A DNA stretch of 64,000 nt from an uncultured Alphaproteobacteria bacterium (GCA_963697595.1 CAVOON010000002.1:15564-79563), one strand, 5' to 3'. Shown: positions 47,062 through 58,641, counted from the stretch's first letter. The notes: generated by a model not told the origin, from the letters alone. Made by a program: numbers and translations.

Positions 47062-48942
47062 TCAGCGTCCCGTGAAGTTGATCTTGCGCGCCTTTTCTTC
47101 GTCCCACCACCACGTCGAGGTGATGCCGGGATCGAATCGCGGCGTGTGCTCCGGGCGACCGAACAAGTCCCAATGGGCGATCCAATGCGTTGGCTTATAC
47201 CAATGCGGGACCCAATACCGGTTGGCGATCAGAACGCGGTCCAGAGCGCGGCAAATGCTGATCAGCTCCTCGCGCGAGGTCGCGACCAGCGCCTTGTCGA
47301 TCAGCGCGTCAATGACGGGATCGGAGATTCCAAACACATTGCGCGACCCCTTGGTCTTGGCGGCTTCCGATCCAAACAGCGCCCGCAACTCCTCGCCCGG
47401 AGAATAGGCCATGCGCAGGCGCTCGGTCATCACGTCGAAGTCAAACTCGTCGAGCCTTTGTTTGAACTGGGCCGCGTCGACAATTCGGATGCGCGCGTTG
47501 ACGCCGATCAGCTTGAGGTTTTTGATGAAAGGCTGCGTGTGTCGCTCGAGGGCGTTGGAAAAATCTATGAATTCGAACTCGAGCGGCTTGCCGTCCGGCA
47601 GACGCAGCACATTGTCCTTGCGCGTGCAGCCGGCCACCGTCAGCAGTTCGACCGCCTTGCGCAAGAGATTACGGTCCTGACCTGAACCGTCGGAAACCGG
47701 AGGCTGGAAGGGTTCGCCAAAAACCTCGGGCGGCAGGCGATCACGGAAGGGTTCAAGCAAAGCCTTTTCGGCCTCGCCAGGAGAGCCCTTGGCTTTCAGG
47801 TCCGAATTTTCAAAATAGGATGTCGTGCGCTTGTAGGCGTTGTACATCAAATTGCGGTTGGTCCACTCGAAATCGAAAGCGTAACCAAGCGCTTCTCGCA
47901 CGCGGGGATCATTAAATGCAGGACGGCGAAGATTGAAAAACCAGCCCTGGATGCCGGAGATGTTGTCGTCCGGAATTTCCTCGCGCTTCACACGGCCTTC
48001 GCGGAAGGCTGGGAAATCATAGCCTTTTGCCCATATCGACGACGTGAACTCTTCATGCACCGTGAAACCGCCGGCTTTGAAAGCTTCAAACGCGACATTG
48101 CGATCGCCGAAATATTCGAATTTGATCACATCGAAATTAGCCTGGCCGACATTGACCGGCAAATCCTTGGCCCAGTAGTCGGGAACGCGCTGAAACGTAA
48201 TGAACCGGCCCGGCTCCATCGCGCCGACTTTATATGCGCTGGAGCCGAGAGGCGCATCCAGCGTCGTCTGTTCAAAGTCGTGGGTCGTGTAATAAGCCTT
48301 CGAAAAAATTGGCTGGCTGGCGACGATGATCGGCAGATCGCGGGCGCGACCGGGCGCGAGCGTGACTACGAGCACATCGTCGCCCTGCGCTGTCGCGCTG
48401 ACGAGATCATGCAGAGACTGGGCGATGGTCGGGTGGCCTTTGTTCTTTAGAGTATTGAGTGAAAAGGCCGCGTCCTCGGCAGTCAGCGGCGAACCGTCAT
48501 GAAACCGCGCCTCCTTGCGCAGGTAAAAGGTGTAGGTCAGCTTATCCGCCGAGACGCGCACCTTTTTCGCCACAAGGCCATAAAGCGCGTCTCGCTCGTC
48601 TAGGCTGCCGGTAAGCAGGCTGTCGAAAATCAGCCCCATGCCCGCCGCCGGATTGCCCCGCAAAATATAGGCGTTGAGCGAGTCATAGCTGCCGGTAGAC
48701 CCCCCCGGAGGCTCCATCGTAAGCGTTCCGCCCTTCGGGGCGTCGACGCTGACGTATCTGAATGCTTTGAAGTCTGGTTTTTCCGCCAATTCTCCGAAAA
48801 TGGACAGGCCATGACTTTCCGTTTCGCCAGCTTGCAAGACCGCGGCGAAGCCGCGCGGCGCCGCAAGCAGTGCAATGCCGGCGGCCCCTGCCTGCAGGGC
48901 CCGGCGACGGGACAGGGGAAGCGCAAAGCGTTGCTCGGGCAC
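47062..48942 (-). CDS. yejA: Peptide ABC transporter substrate-binding protein
   Basis: Tat-like SRRRAL, HGLS.FG, APKGG, ARFHDG.P.TAED, FFNLRRP.F.DPRVREAL. Confidence 0.88.
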   Translation of the reverse strand: MPEQRFALPLSRRRALQAGAAGIALLAAPRGFAAVLQAGETESHGLSIFGELAEKPDFKAFRYVSVDAPKGGTLTMEPPGGSTGSYDSLNAYILRGNPAAGMGLIFDSLLTGSLDERDALYGLVAKKVRVSADKLTYTFYLRKEARFHDGSPLTAEDAAFSLNTLKNKGHPTIAQSLHDLVSATAQGDDVLVVTLAPGRARDLPIIVASQPIFSKAYYTTHDFEQTTLDAPLGSSAYKVGAMEPGRFITFQRVPDYWAKDLPVNVGQANFDVIKFEYFGDRNVAFEAFKAGGFTVHEEFTSSIWAKGYDFPAFREGRVKREEIPDDNISGIQGWFFNLRRPAFNDPRVREALGYAFDFEWTNRNLMYNAYKRTTSYFENSDLKAKGSPGEAEKALLEPFRDRLPPEVFGEPFQPPVSDGSGQDRNLLRKAVELLTVAGCTRKDNVLRLPDGKPLEFEFIDFSNALERHTQPFIKNLKLIGVNARIRIVDAAQFKQRLDEFDFDVMTERLRMAYSPGEELRALFGSEAAKTKGSRNVFGISDPVIDALIDKALVATSREELISICRALDRVLIANRYWVPHWYKPTHWIAHWDLFGRPEHTPRFDPGITSTWWWDEEKARKINFTGR

Positions 48943-49125
48943 GGTCGACCTCGAAAATGTTGGGCAAAAAGCGCGCCTGGCGCTACTCCAAATGATTCGC
49001 TGGAGATTATGTCGCTTTTTGGCGTCCTCGCCAGTTTAGATTCCCTAAGTGGGAAAAACCTGTCTCCGGTAATTTCATGTCCAGGGATTTCTCTTATATG
49101 AGCACTTCCTGTCGATGCCGGCTCC

Positions 49126-50622
49126 ATGCCTGGATCAAAACAACCTTCTTTGAGGAGATTCGATAAGATGGACGTGCGCCAATCCAGCCTGTTTCGCCAA
49201 CAGGCTTTTATTGACGGTTCCTGGATTGACGCAGACGGCGGCAGGACTTTCGCCGTGCATAACCCGGCCTCGGGCGACGTTCTGGCCTGCGCGCCTGACA
49301 TGGGGGCTTTGGAGACACGCCGAGCTATCGAGGCGGCGCAGCGGGCTTTGCCGGGGTGGCGCAGCAAAACCTCCAAGGAACGGGGGCAGATCATGCGCCG
49401 CTGGTACGAGCTCATTTTGGCCGAGCAGGAGACGCTCGCCCAGATCATCACCGCCGAACAGGGCAAGCCGCTGGTCGAGGCGCGCGGGGAGATCCTTTAT
49501 GGCGCTTCTTTCATTGACTGGTTCGGCGAGGAGGGCCGGCGCGTTCATGGCGAAGTGCTCCCGATCACCTTGGGTGACCGTCGTCAATTGGTGTTCAAGC
49601 AGCCCATCGGCGTGACGGCGGCGATCACTCCCTGGAATTTTCCCTCCGCCATGTTCGCGCGCAAGGTCGGGGCGGCGCTCGGCGCCGGCTGCTCCATGGT
49701 GTTGAAGCCAGCCGAGCAGACGCCTTTTTCGGCGCTGGCGCTGGTCGACTTGGCCCAGCGCGCGGGTGTCCCGGACGGGGTGATCAATGTCGTGACGGCG
49801 TTCGATCCTGCGCCGGTGGGGCTTGAGCTGACGCAAAACCCGATCGTACGTAAAATCACTTTTACCGGCTCGACGGAAGTGGGCAAAATCCTGCTGCGGC
49901 AAGCGGCGGAAAATGTTCAAAAATGTTCAATGGAGCTGGGCGGCAACGCGCCTTTGATCATCTTCGAGGACGCAGATCTCGAACTTGCCGTGAAGGGCGC
50001 GCTTTCCACCAAATACCGTAATTGCGGCCAGACCTGCGTTTCCGCCAACCGCATTCTGGCGCACCAAAGCATCGCGGAGAGTTTCGCCCAAAGACTGGCC
50101 GACGCCGCAGCGGGGTTGAAGGTCGGCAATGGGCTCGAAGAAGGCGCGGTGATCGGCCCCTTGATCGAAGAGGCGGCGGTCGAAAAATGCGAGCGTCACG
50201 TCGCCGATGCGCTCAAGCGCGGCGCCAAGCTTCTGACGGGCGGGGCGCGCCATGCGCTGGGCGGAACCTTTTTCCAGCCTACCGTGCTTGCTGGCGTCGG
50301 CGAAGACGCGCTTATCTTCCAGGAGGAAACCTTCGGGCCCGTCGCGCCCGTGGTCGCCTTCACGGACGAGGCCGACGCCATCCGCCTTGCCAACGCGACG
50401 CCCTATGGGCTCGCGGCCTATTTCTACAGCCGGGACCTGCCTCGCATCTTCCGGGTCGCCGAGGCGCTGGAGTTCGGGATGGTCGGAGTCAATGAAACGC
50501 TGATTTCCTCGGAAGTCGCGCCTTTTGGCGGCGTCAAGCAATCGGGCCTTGGCCGCGAAGGCTCGAAATATGGCATCGAGGATTATCTGGAGATCAAATA
50601 CGTCTGCTTGGGCGGAATGTAG
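49126..50622 (+). CDS. gabD: Succinate-semialdehyde dehydrogenase (NAD(P)+)
   Basis: ITPWNFPSAM, FTGSTEVG, SMELGGNAP, YRNCGQTCVSANR, EETFGP, GGVKQSGLGREGS. Confidence 0.9.
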   Translation: MPGSKQPSLRRFDKMDVRQSSLFRQQAFIDGSWIDADGGRTFAVHNPASGDVLACAPDMGALETRRAIEAAQRALPGWRSKTSKERGQIMRRWYELILAEQETLAQIITAEQGKPLVEARGEILYGASFIDWFGEEGRRVHGEVLPITLGDRRQLVFKQPIGVTAAITPWNFPSAMFARKVGAALGAGCSMVLKPAEQTPFSALALVDLAQRAGVPDGVINVVTAFDPAPVGLELTQNPIVRKITFTGSTEVGKILLRQAAENVQKCSMELGGNAPLIIFEDADLELAVKGALSTKYRNCGQTCVSANRILAHQSIAESFAQRLADAAAGLKVGNGLEEGAVIGPLIEEAAVEKCERHVADALKRGAKLLTGGARHALGGTFFQPTVLAGVGEDALIFQEETFGPVAPVVAFTDEADAIRLANATPYGLAAYFYSRDLPRIFRVAEALEFGMVGVNETLISSEVAPFGGVKQSGLGREGSKYGIEDYLEIKYVCLGGM

Positions 50623-50664
50623 AAGCTGTTCCCCTGTGTTGCTTGCCGGGCCGAGAGAGGGAGC

Positions 50665-50693
50665 AAAAAAAGCGGCGCCCGTAGGCGCCGCTT
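50665..50693 (-). terminator. Intrinsic terminator between convergent gabD and amtB
   Basis: AAGCGGCGCC-CGTA-GGCGCCGCTT stem; the A7 tract gives a U tail on the minus strand. Confidence 0.85.
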
Positions 50694-50715
50694 CCGCTTT
50701 TCCGATGGCTGCGTC

Positions 50716-52222
50716 TCAGAGATTGTAGGCGCGCTCGCCATGGTCGGTGATGTCCAGGCCTTCGCGTTCCTGATCCGGCGCGGGGCGCAGGCCGATGGTC
50801 AGGTCGACAATCTTATAGAGGATCGCCGAACCAACGCCCGACCATAGCAGCGCCGCGCCGACAGCGGTGGCTTGCGCGATCATCTGCGCGGCCATGTCAT
50901 ATTTACCGGCGTAATTATCGCCGATCGCCGTGTAGTCGGTGATGCCGACGCCGCCAAGCGCCGGACTTCACCAAAATGCCCGTGGCGAGGGCGCCGGTAA
51001 TCCCGCCGATGCAATGCACGCCGAAGACGTCGAGCGCATCGTCGTAGCCGAATGTATTCTTCACTTTCGAGACGAAGAACAGACAGATCGGCGAGACGAT
51101 GAAGCCTAGCGCCAGCGAACCGATCGGTCCGGCGAAGCCCGAGGCCGGAGTCACCGCGACGAGACCCGCGACCGCGCCCGAGATCAGGCCCAACAGCGAG
51201 GGCTTGCCCTTGACCGCCCATTCCACCAGCAGCCAGGAAAGTGCTGCGGCGGCGGTGGCGACCATGGTGTTGACGAAGGCCAGAGCCGTCGTGCCATTGG
51301 CTTCCAGGTTGGAGCCGGCGTTGAAGCCGAACCACCCGACCCACAGCAGCGAAGCGCCGACCATGGATAGCGTCAGCGAGTGCGGCGGCAGGGCTTCCTT
51401 GCCATAGCCGATGCGCTTGCCGACCATTATCGCGCCGACAAGGCCTGCGATCCCGGCGTTAATGTGAACGACGGTGCCGCCGGCAAAGTCCAGTGCGCCC
51501 ACGCCCTTCATCCAGGGGGCGAGGCCGCCCGCGATCCAGCCCACGGAGGATGTAGCCGCGTCGATCTTGTCCTGCGAGATCTTCTTGGCCTCGTCGGTCG
51601 TAGCCGCAGCGAGTTCGGTGGCCGCGTCGACGATGACGTTGGGATCTGCGACGGCCCAGACCCAATGCGCGATCGGGAAATAAATCACTGTCACCCAGGC
51701 GGTGATGAATACGAAGACCGCCGAAAACTTCATGCGTTCGGCGAAGGCGCCGATGATCAGCGCCGGCGTGATCATCGCGAAGGTCATCTGGAACACGAAA
51801 TAGGCGAGTTCCGGAACGACATGGCCCGGCGTAAAGGTTGGTGCCGTCGCGGCCGCATCGACCCCTTTCAGAAATACTTTGCCGAGGCCGCCGATATAGG
51901 CGTTGAGCGAGCCGCCGTCGCCGAACGCCAGCGAATAGCCGTACAGAGTCCACAACACGCCCACCAGCGCCACGATGGCGAAAGTCTGGGTAAGGATCGA
52001 CGCCATGTTCTTGGAGCGGACCAGGCCGCCATAGAATAAGGCGAGGCCGGGGATGGACATCATCAGCACCAGCGCGCTGGAAATAAGCAGCCACGCCGTG
52101 TCGCCGGGGTTGGGGACCGGCGCATTGCTGGCGGCAAGCGCCGGCGAGGCGCTAACAGCAAAGATCGACGCTCCCGCGAGAAGGACAGCGCCGGAAATGC
52201 TTCGTTGCAGGCGAAGACTCAT
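50716..52222 (-). CDS. amtB: Ammonium transporter; apparent 1-bp frameshift near 50966
   Basis: GDTAW, PGLALFYGG, FQMTFA, LDFAGGTVVH, WFGFNAGS, DDALDVFGVH. Removing one base gives GILVNPALGG...GLDITDHGERAYNL*. Confidence 0.95.
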
Positions 52223-52254
52223 TGGGGACTCCTGATGGGTAAAGGGACATAAGG

Positions 52255-52782
<528 letters not shown>

Positions 52783-52951
52783 TCAGCTCGGCGGTTGTTT
52801 TCTGCGTCCGGAGGGACCGAGGTCAAAGCGCGACCTTCCCTTAAGAGGGGCGGGAGCTTCGCTGATGATGCGGGCTCAGAATTCAGACGCCCTCAAAGAT
52901 GCGCTCACGTCGTTTGGGGATAAAACGCCTAAAAACAAATCGCACCAGTGC

Positions 52952-53824
52952 TTAAAATTTAGGCGGTGATTGTCGGATCAGCCCTTCCTGCGCCACCGAT
53001 GCGACCAGTCTCCCGTCTCGCGTGAACAGTTCCCCCCGGGTTAGCGCTCTCGCGCCAGAGGCGTTGGGGCTGTCCTGTGCGTAAAGCAACCACTCGTCGG
53101 CGCGGAACGGCCGATGTATCCAGAGCGCGTGATCGAGGCTGGCGACTTGCAGCGCAGGGTCGAAAATTGTGAGTCCATGCACGGCGAGCGCGGTGTTGAG
53201 TAACGTCATGTCCGAAAGATAGGCGAGCAGGGCGCTATGCAATGCATGGTCGTCCGGCAGTGGTTCGACAATGCGAAACCAGATGGATTGCCGCGTCGCG
53301 CCCGGCGCTGATCTGCCCAACATGGCTTGCGGATCCACAAAGCGAATGTCCAGCGCGGAGACCTGCTCCATGTGGGCGAGCGCCGCACGGGGCAGGAAAG
53401 AGCGAAGCCGCTCGGCTAGGGCGCTGCTGGTCGGGAGGGTCTCGGGCGCCGGAACCTGAGGCGGTTCGAACGCATGTTCCAGCCCCGCCTCCCTGATCTG
53501 AAACGACGCCTCCATCGAAAAGATGACACGCCCGTGCTGGCGGGCGGCGCAGCGCCGCGTCGTGAAGCTTTTGCCGTCGCGAACGCGCTCCACAGAAAAG
53601 TCTATCGGCGTTTTTGGGTCTCCAGCCAGCACGAAATAGCCGTGCAGCGAATGAACAGGACGATCATGGGGAACAGTGCGCTGCGCCGCCACTAGCGCCT
53701 GCGCTATGGCTTGTCCTCCGTAGACTTGCCGCCCGGCGGTCTCCGGGCTGTGGCCGCGAAAAGCGTCCTCGCCAATGCTTTCCAGATCGAGCAAGTCCAA
53801 TAAACGCTGTGTGGGGGAGGCCAC
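52952..53824 (-). CDS. tesB: Acyl-CoA thioesterase II
   Basis: VYGGQ.IAQAL, HSLHGYF, RDGKSF.TRR, YLSDMTL, ASLDHA.W.HRPF. Confidence 0.93.
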   Translation of the reverse strand: MASPTQRLLDLLDLESIGEDAFRGHSPETAGRQVYGGQAIAQALVAAQRTVPHDRPVHSLHGYFVLAGDPKTPIDFSVERVRDGKSFTTRRCAARQHGRVIFSMEASFQIREAGLEHAFEPPQVPAPETLPTSSALAERLRSFLPRAALAHMEQVSALDIRFVDPQAMLGRSAPGATRQSIWFRIVEPLPDDHALHSALLAYLSDMTLLNTALAVHGLTIFDPALQVASLDHALWIHRPFRADEWLLYAQDSPNASGARALTRGELFTRDGRLVASVAQEGLIRQSPPKF

Positions 53825-53829
53825 GGACG

Positions 53830-54045
53830 CTACTCAATTCGCCTCGCCTCCTCGGGCAGCATGATCGGAATGCCGTCCCGAATAGGAAAGGCGAGATGCG
53901 CGGAACGCGAAACCAACTCCTGCCGCGCCGCGTCATATTCGAGCGTGGACTTGGTTAGCGGACAAACCAGTATTTCCAACAATTTTGGGTCGATCCGGGT
54001 GGGCTCGGGAGCGCACTCCTGCGGCTTGTCAGCGGTGTCGTCCAT
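53830..54045 (-). CDS. Trm112-like (UPF0434) protein
   Basis: [29 protein letters not shown]. Confidence 0.92.
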   Translation of the reverse strand: MDDTADKPQECAPEPTRIDPKLLEILVCPLTKSTLEYDAARQELVSRSAHLAFPIRDGIPIMLPEEARRIE

Positions 54046-54135
54046 TTCGTTTCCTTCTGACGGAGCGCTACCTTCTTACTGGCGCAGCCCGCGCTTGCGC
54101 CTTGCGGGGATCATAAGCGCTTATCAGTCCTTATT

Positions 54136-54801
54136 TCAATGGAACTGCGCTCTGTCGCCGCTTTGCGCAGGGCGGTTTCCTTGCGCAAGATCGAACTGGG
54201 CGAGCCCGATGAGCGTTTCGGCGCGGGTCTTGAGATCCACCGCTTCAAGCAATGACTGCTTTTCCTGAGGTCCGAAAGGACACATCATAGCAAGCGCATT
54301 GACGAGCGTTTCGGTCGGCGCGGCGTCGATGCTGGCCCAGTCCACCTCAAGCTTCGACAACTCGGCGAATTTCCTCAGCATTGCAGTCATGCTGATGCGA
54401 TCAACGGCGTCTTCTCCCGCGCCGGGCTGCAGATCATGCGTGAAAGCGTCGTAAACGACATTGCAGCAGCGGAAAGGCGAACTGTCAGTTCTTTCGCCTG
54501 TTATTTTGAAGCGGCAAACGCCCGTCAGTGTAACGAGATAGCGCCCGTCCCCTGTCTCGCTGAAATGGGTGAGGCGACCCGCGCACCCAATCTGATGCAG
54601 GCTCGAAGCTCCAGCGCCCGGCAGTGGCTGCACCATGCCTATAAGCCTATCGGATGCGATAGCGCTGTCCACCATCGCCAGATAGCGAGGCTCGAATATG
54701 TTCAGCGGCAGATCGCCCCGGGGCAGCAACAGCGCTCCCGGCAGCGGAAAAATGCGCAGTGAAGCCGGCAACTGATCAATGGAGGCGTACTGTTTATTCA
54801 T
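54136..54801 (-). CDS. Lon N-terminal substrate-binding domain protein
   Basis: IFPLPGALLLPRG.LPLNIFEPRYL.MV, GCAGR.T.F.E..DGRY. Confidence 0.9.
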   Translation of the reverse strand: MNKQYASIDQLPASLRIFPLPGALLLPRGDLPLNIFEPRYLAMVDSAIASDRLIGMVQPLPGAGASSLHQIGCAGRLTHFSETGDGRYLVTLTGVCRFKITGERTDSSPFRCCNVVYDAFTHDLQPGAGEDAVDRISMTAMLRKFAELSKLEVDWASIDAAPTETLVNALAMMCPFGPQEKQSLLEAVDLKTRAETLIGLAQFDLAQGNRPAQSGDRAQFH

Positions 54802-54845
54802 GCACATGACAACAGCGCTCCAGAACTCCCTCGATGAGGATTAGG

Positions 54846-55754
54846 TCAAGCGAACAGCAAAGCCGAGAGCTTCCTGCGCGCGCTCGCGGTAGTTTTGTCG
54901 GTTGGTCCCCACGCTTCGAAAAACTGCACGAGCTGTTTGCGGGCGCCGTCCTCATTCCAATTACGGTCGCGCTGAATGATTTCAAGGAGCTGTGCTGCGG
55001 CTTCTTCGCGCAATCCCTTGACGTTCAAAGCGAGCGCCAAATCAAAACGCGCCTGCGGATCATCTGGATCAGCGTCGACGCGCTTTTGCAAACTGCCGAG
55101 TTCGTCCAAGGCGCTGGCCTGAATGGCGTTTTCCAGAGCCGCCGCCGCCGCCGCGATCGTGGCGTCGCGGCGCAGCAAGTCGGGGGCGTTGGCGAGCAAG
55201 GCCTTGGCCTGCTCCAGGCGTTCCGTTGCGATGTAGAGTTTGAGAAGTTCAGCCCACGCTTTTGGATGCGCCGGTTCGAGAGTTGTGAGTTCCGTCAGCG
55301 CGGCCTCAGCCCCGGCGAGATCGCCGCGCGTCAGCATGTCTTCGATGGTGAGAAAAACGTCCTGGTCCGCCTCGATCGGACCCACAAGTCTCTCAAGAAA
55401 ACCCTTGAGCTGCGTCTCGGGCAGAGCGCCCACAAATCCGTCGCTTGGACGCCCGCGCTGGAAAGCCACCACCGCCGGGATAGACTTGACGCCCAATTGA
55501 GCGGCAATCTCGAGCTCCTGATCGATATTCATCTTGACCAGACGCACCTTGCCCTTGGTCGCCTTGACCAACCGTTCCAGCAAGGGGGTGAGCTGGCGGC
55601 AAGGCCCGCACCATGGCGCCCAGAAATCCACCAGCACCACTCGCCGCATTGAGGCGTCGAGCACGTCGGCGCGAAAACGCGCCGCTGTCGTCTCGATCGG
55701 CAGATCGTCAGCGCCTGCTTCGCCGGGGCCGATTGCGAAATCATTCGAAGTCAT
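54846..55754 (-). CDS. cnoX: Thioredoxin-TPR chaperedoxin (YbbN/CnoX)
   Basis: VDFWAPWCGPCRQL; C-terminal TPR with RKQL..FF.AWG.....T...RRKLS.LLF. Confidence 0.9.
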   Translation of the reverse strand: MTSNDFAIGPGEAGADDLPIETTAARFRADVLDASMRRVVLVDFWAPWCGPCRQLTPLLERLVKATKGKVRLVKMNIDQELEIAAQLGVKSIPAVVAFQRGRPSDGFVGALPETQLKGFLERLVGPIEADQDVFLTIEDMLTRGDLAGAEAALTELTTLEPAHPKAWAELLKLYIATERLEQAKALLANAPDLLRRDATIAAAAAALENAIQASALDELGSLQKRVDADPDDPQARFDLALALNVKGLREEAAAQLLEIIQRDRNWNEDGARKQLVQFFEAWGPTDKTTASARRKLSALLFA

Positions 55755-55782
55755 CGGTTCTCCTCCCCTGCGCGTGCGGAGT

Positions 55783-56442
55783 CTATTCGCGTGTAAAGTT
55801 CAAATAGACCGGTTTACGGCCGGCCGCTATCGCCTTGCCCTCGTATTTCGTCTGCGTCCAGCCCTCCCAGGGGACAAGCCAGTCCGCAGCAGTGGAGGCC
55901 GTCCATCGGAAATCAGGCGAGATGCGCGCGCGCGCCAGAGTCCAGGCCGCATAGTCGTCGATGTCGGTTGCGAAGCGAAGCTGCGCGCCCTTTCGCATCG
56001 TTCGCGCCAGCCGCGCCAATGTGTCCGCTGAAACAAGTCGCCTTTTGCGCTGGCGCCGCTTTGGCCAGGGATCGGGATAAAACAGGTAGACGCGAGCGAG
56101 GCTGGCGTCGGGGAGGCGGTCCAACGCTTCCACCGCGTCACCCCGGTGCAGCCGGATGTTGGTCAGTCCACGCCGTTCGATCTGCGATAAAAGCCGGGCG
56201 ACGCCGTTCATGAACGGTTCGCAGCCGATAAAACCGACATCGGGCTCCAGCGCAGCCGCTTCAATGAGATGTTCTCCGCCGCCAAAGCCGATTTCCAGCC
56301 GTGTTTCGCGCACAGGCGCGGAAAATAGCGAATTTGGGTCGAGAATTGTCTCCGAAAGATCGAGGGCCAGTCGGGGCAGCAGATCCGAGACCAGTTCGGT
56401 TTGACGGCGACGCAGCGCCTTCCCTTTGGAGCGCCCATACAA
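55783..56442 (-). CDS. trmB: tRNA (guanine-N7)-methyltransferase (true start may be upstream, up to 56508)
   Basis: LEIGFGGGEHL, FIGCEPF.NG, YPDPWPKRR..KRR, FATD, TKYE.KA. Confidence 0.93.
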   Translation of the reverse strand: MYGRSKGKALRRRQTELVSDLLPRLALDLSETILDPNSLFSAPVRETRLEIGFGGGEHLIEAAALEPDVGFIGCEPFMNGVARLLSQIERRGLTNIRLHRGDAVEALDRLPDASLARVYLFYPDPWPKRRQRKRRLVSADTLARLARTMRKGAQLRFATDIDDYAAWTLARARISPDFRWTASTAADWLVPWEGWTQTKYEGKAIAAGRKPVYLNFTRE

Positions 56443-56504
56443 ACGACGCGGAGCGCTCGCGCTCTCCGCGTCAGGGTCGATATTGTTGGTCGTTCCGACT
56501 TGGC

Positions 56505-57695
56505 TCAGGCGAAATGCGCCTTCAGCTTTTCGGCGAGGTCGGTCTTCTCCCAGGAGAAGCCGCCGTCGGCATCCGGTTTGCGGCCGAAATGACCGTAAGC
56601 GGAAGTGCGGGCGTAGATGGGTTTGTTGAGCTGAAGATGTTCGCGAATTCCGCGCGGCGACAGCCGCATGATCTGCGGCAACACCGCTTCCAACTTGTCT
56701 TCTGCGACATGGCCCGTGCCATGCAGATCTACGTAGATCGACAGCGGTTCGGCTACGCCGATCGCATAGGCGAGCTGTATCGTCGCGCGGTCGGCGAGTC
56801 CTGCGGCGACGACATTTTTGGCCAGATAGCGCGCCGCATAAGCCGCAGAACGATCGACCTTGGTCGGATCTTTGCCCGAGAAAGCGCCGCCTCCGTGAGG
56901 CGCTGCTCCGCCGTAGGTGTCCACGATGATTTTGCGGCCGGTGAGACCAGCGTCGCCATCGGGACCGCCGATGAAGAATTTTCCGGTCGGGTTTACGTGC
57001 CAGACCGTTTTGTCGGTGATCCAGCCTTGAGGAAACGACTCGCGGATATAGGGCTCGGCGATGCGGCGGATGTCTTCGGGCGACAAACTCTCGTCGACAT
57101 GCTGATGCGACAGCACGATCTGCGTCGCCTCAACTGGCTTGCCGTCGACGTATCGCACGGTCACCTGGCTCTTGGCGTCGGGACCGAGGCCCTTTTCCTT
57201 CCCGGAATGGCGGGCGTGGGCGAGCTTTTCGAGGATTTTGTGCGAATAGTAGAGCGGCGCGGGAAGCAGGTCAGGAGTTTCTCGCACGGCGTAACCGAAC
57301 ATGATGCCCTGGTCGCCCGCGCCTTCATCCTTGTTGCCGGCGGCGTCAACGCCCTGGGCGATGTCGGCCGATTGCTCGTGCAGCAATACCTCTACCTTGG
57401 CGTGCTTCCAGTGGAAGCCGTCCTGCTCGTAGCCGATGTCCTTGATGGCCTTGCGGGCGATGTCCTCGATATGCTCGAACGCAAGATGCGGACCTCGCAC
57501 CTCACCGGCGATAACCACGCGGTTGGTCGTGCAGAGCGTTTCGGCGGCGACGCGGATGACATAAGGGTCTACGCCAGCCTTGGCGCCCTCGCGGAAAAAC
57601 TCGTCGACGATTTCATCCGAGATTCTGTCGCAAACTTTGTCTGGATGACCTTCGGAAACGGACTCACTGGTAAAAAGGTAATTTTTCCGAGTCAC
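56505..57695 (-). CDS. metK: S-adenosylmethionine synthetase
   Basis: [65 protein letters not shown]. Confidence 0.98.
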   Translation of the reverse strand: MTRKNYLFTSESVSEGHPDKVCDRISDEIVDEFFREGAKAGVDPYVIRVAAETLCTTNRVVIAGEVRGPHLAFEHIEDIARKAIKDIGYEQDGFHWKHAKVEVLLHEQSADIAQGVDAAGNKDEGAGDQGIMFGYAVRETPDLLPAPLYYSHKILEKLAHARHSGKEKGLGPDAKSQVTVRYVDGKPVEATQIVLSHQHVDESLSPEDIRRIAEPYIRESFPQGWITDKTVWHVNPTGKFFIGGPDGDAGLTGRKIIVDTYGGAAPHGGGAFSGKDPTKVDRSAAYAARYLAKNVVAAGLADRATIQLAYAIGVAEPLSIYVDLHGTGHVAEDKLEAVLPQIMRLSPRGIREHLQLNKPIYARTSAYGHFGRKPDADGGFSWEKTDLAEKLKAHFA

Positions 57696-57876
57696 TTCAA
57701 GGCTCCGCCTTCAGGGCTGGGCCGAGCGCGCTTTCGCCCGTCAACTCCATGCAATTGCTCAAGCTGGCTCCTTTGCCAGCGCGCGTTCGTTACGTCAAGC
57801 ACAGTTAAACAATTTGTTCGTTAAACCGAACGCCGGAGCGGACGGGCGCTTCGACATCCGTGAGTTAGGCCAGGAG

Positions 57877-58317
57877 CTACTCCTTATCAGAGGCCTGCTC
57901 AAGGGTTGGAATTCTTTCGCCCTCTTGTTCGGCCAGAGCTGCGACCAGTTCCACGATGCGCTTGCGCACCTTTGGATCGCGAATTCGGGCGAAGGATCTG
58001 TTAAGATGGAGCCCTTCCGCCGTTGCGAGGAAGTCCACCACGAATTGCGACGACCCTTCTTCCTCGAAGCCCGGCTGCGAAGAACCGGATGACGGCGCGC
58101 CCTCGAAAAAAAACGAAGGCGGCACGTTCAATGTCTTGGATATTTGTTGCAGTCGGCTTGCGCCGATCCGGTTGGTGCCTTTTTCGTACTTTTGCACCTG
58201 CTGGAAGGTCAGTCCCAGCGCATCGCCCAGTTTTTCCTGGCTCATTTTCATGAGCACCCGCTGCATTCGAACTCTGCTGCCGACATGGCGGTCTATAGGA
58301 TCGGGCGTTTTTGTCAC
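57877..58317 (-). CDS. XRE-family transcriptional regulator (conserved lnt-metK neighbour)
   Basis: PIDRHVGSRVRM.R...MSQEKLG.ALGLTFQQVQKYEKG.NRIGASRL. Confidence 0.93.
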   Translation of the reverse strand: MTKTPDPIDRHVGSRVRMQRVLMKMSQEKLGDALGLTFQQVQKYEKGTNRIGASRLQQISKTLNVPPSFFFEGAPSSGSSQPGFEEEGSSQFVVDFLATAEGLHLNRSFARIRDPKVRKRIVELVAALAEQEGERIPTLEQASDKE

Positions 58318-58641
58318 AACTCAAGCCTCCGCTGGCGTTCTAGCGCAAATCACCCCGCATGGAAATAGCAGAAATTGGTAAAACATTGTATTTTATAGTA
58401 AAACATGCTGCGGCGCGGCGAGGAATCGTCCCGTTCCACCCCGAAATGAGCGTCCGAAACCCATTCGTAAACGTGACGCGCGTCCTTCGTGAGACTTTAG
58501 AAGACGCTCGGCGGCGTTCCAAACCAGTGTTCTGATATGGAGCCGAGCGTCGCTCAGCAACGAACGCCTTTTGAAAAAGCGCCTCTTGGAGTTCAACTTG
58601 GGCGAAGTTCTGGACGATCCTAAACGGCCTAACGAACCGGT

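Noticed and set aside
57696-57876. SAM-II riboswitch or CtrA site upstream of metK
   Set aside because: No SAM-II consensus seen; the TTAA units are 12 bp apart, not 7.
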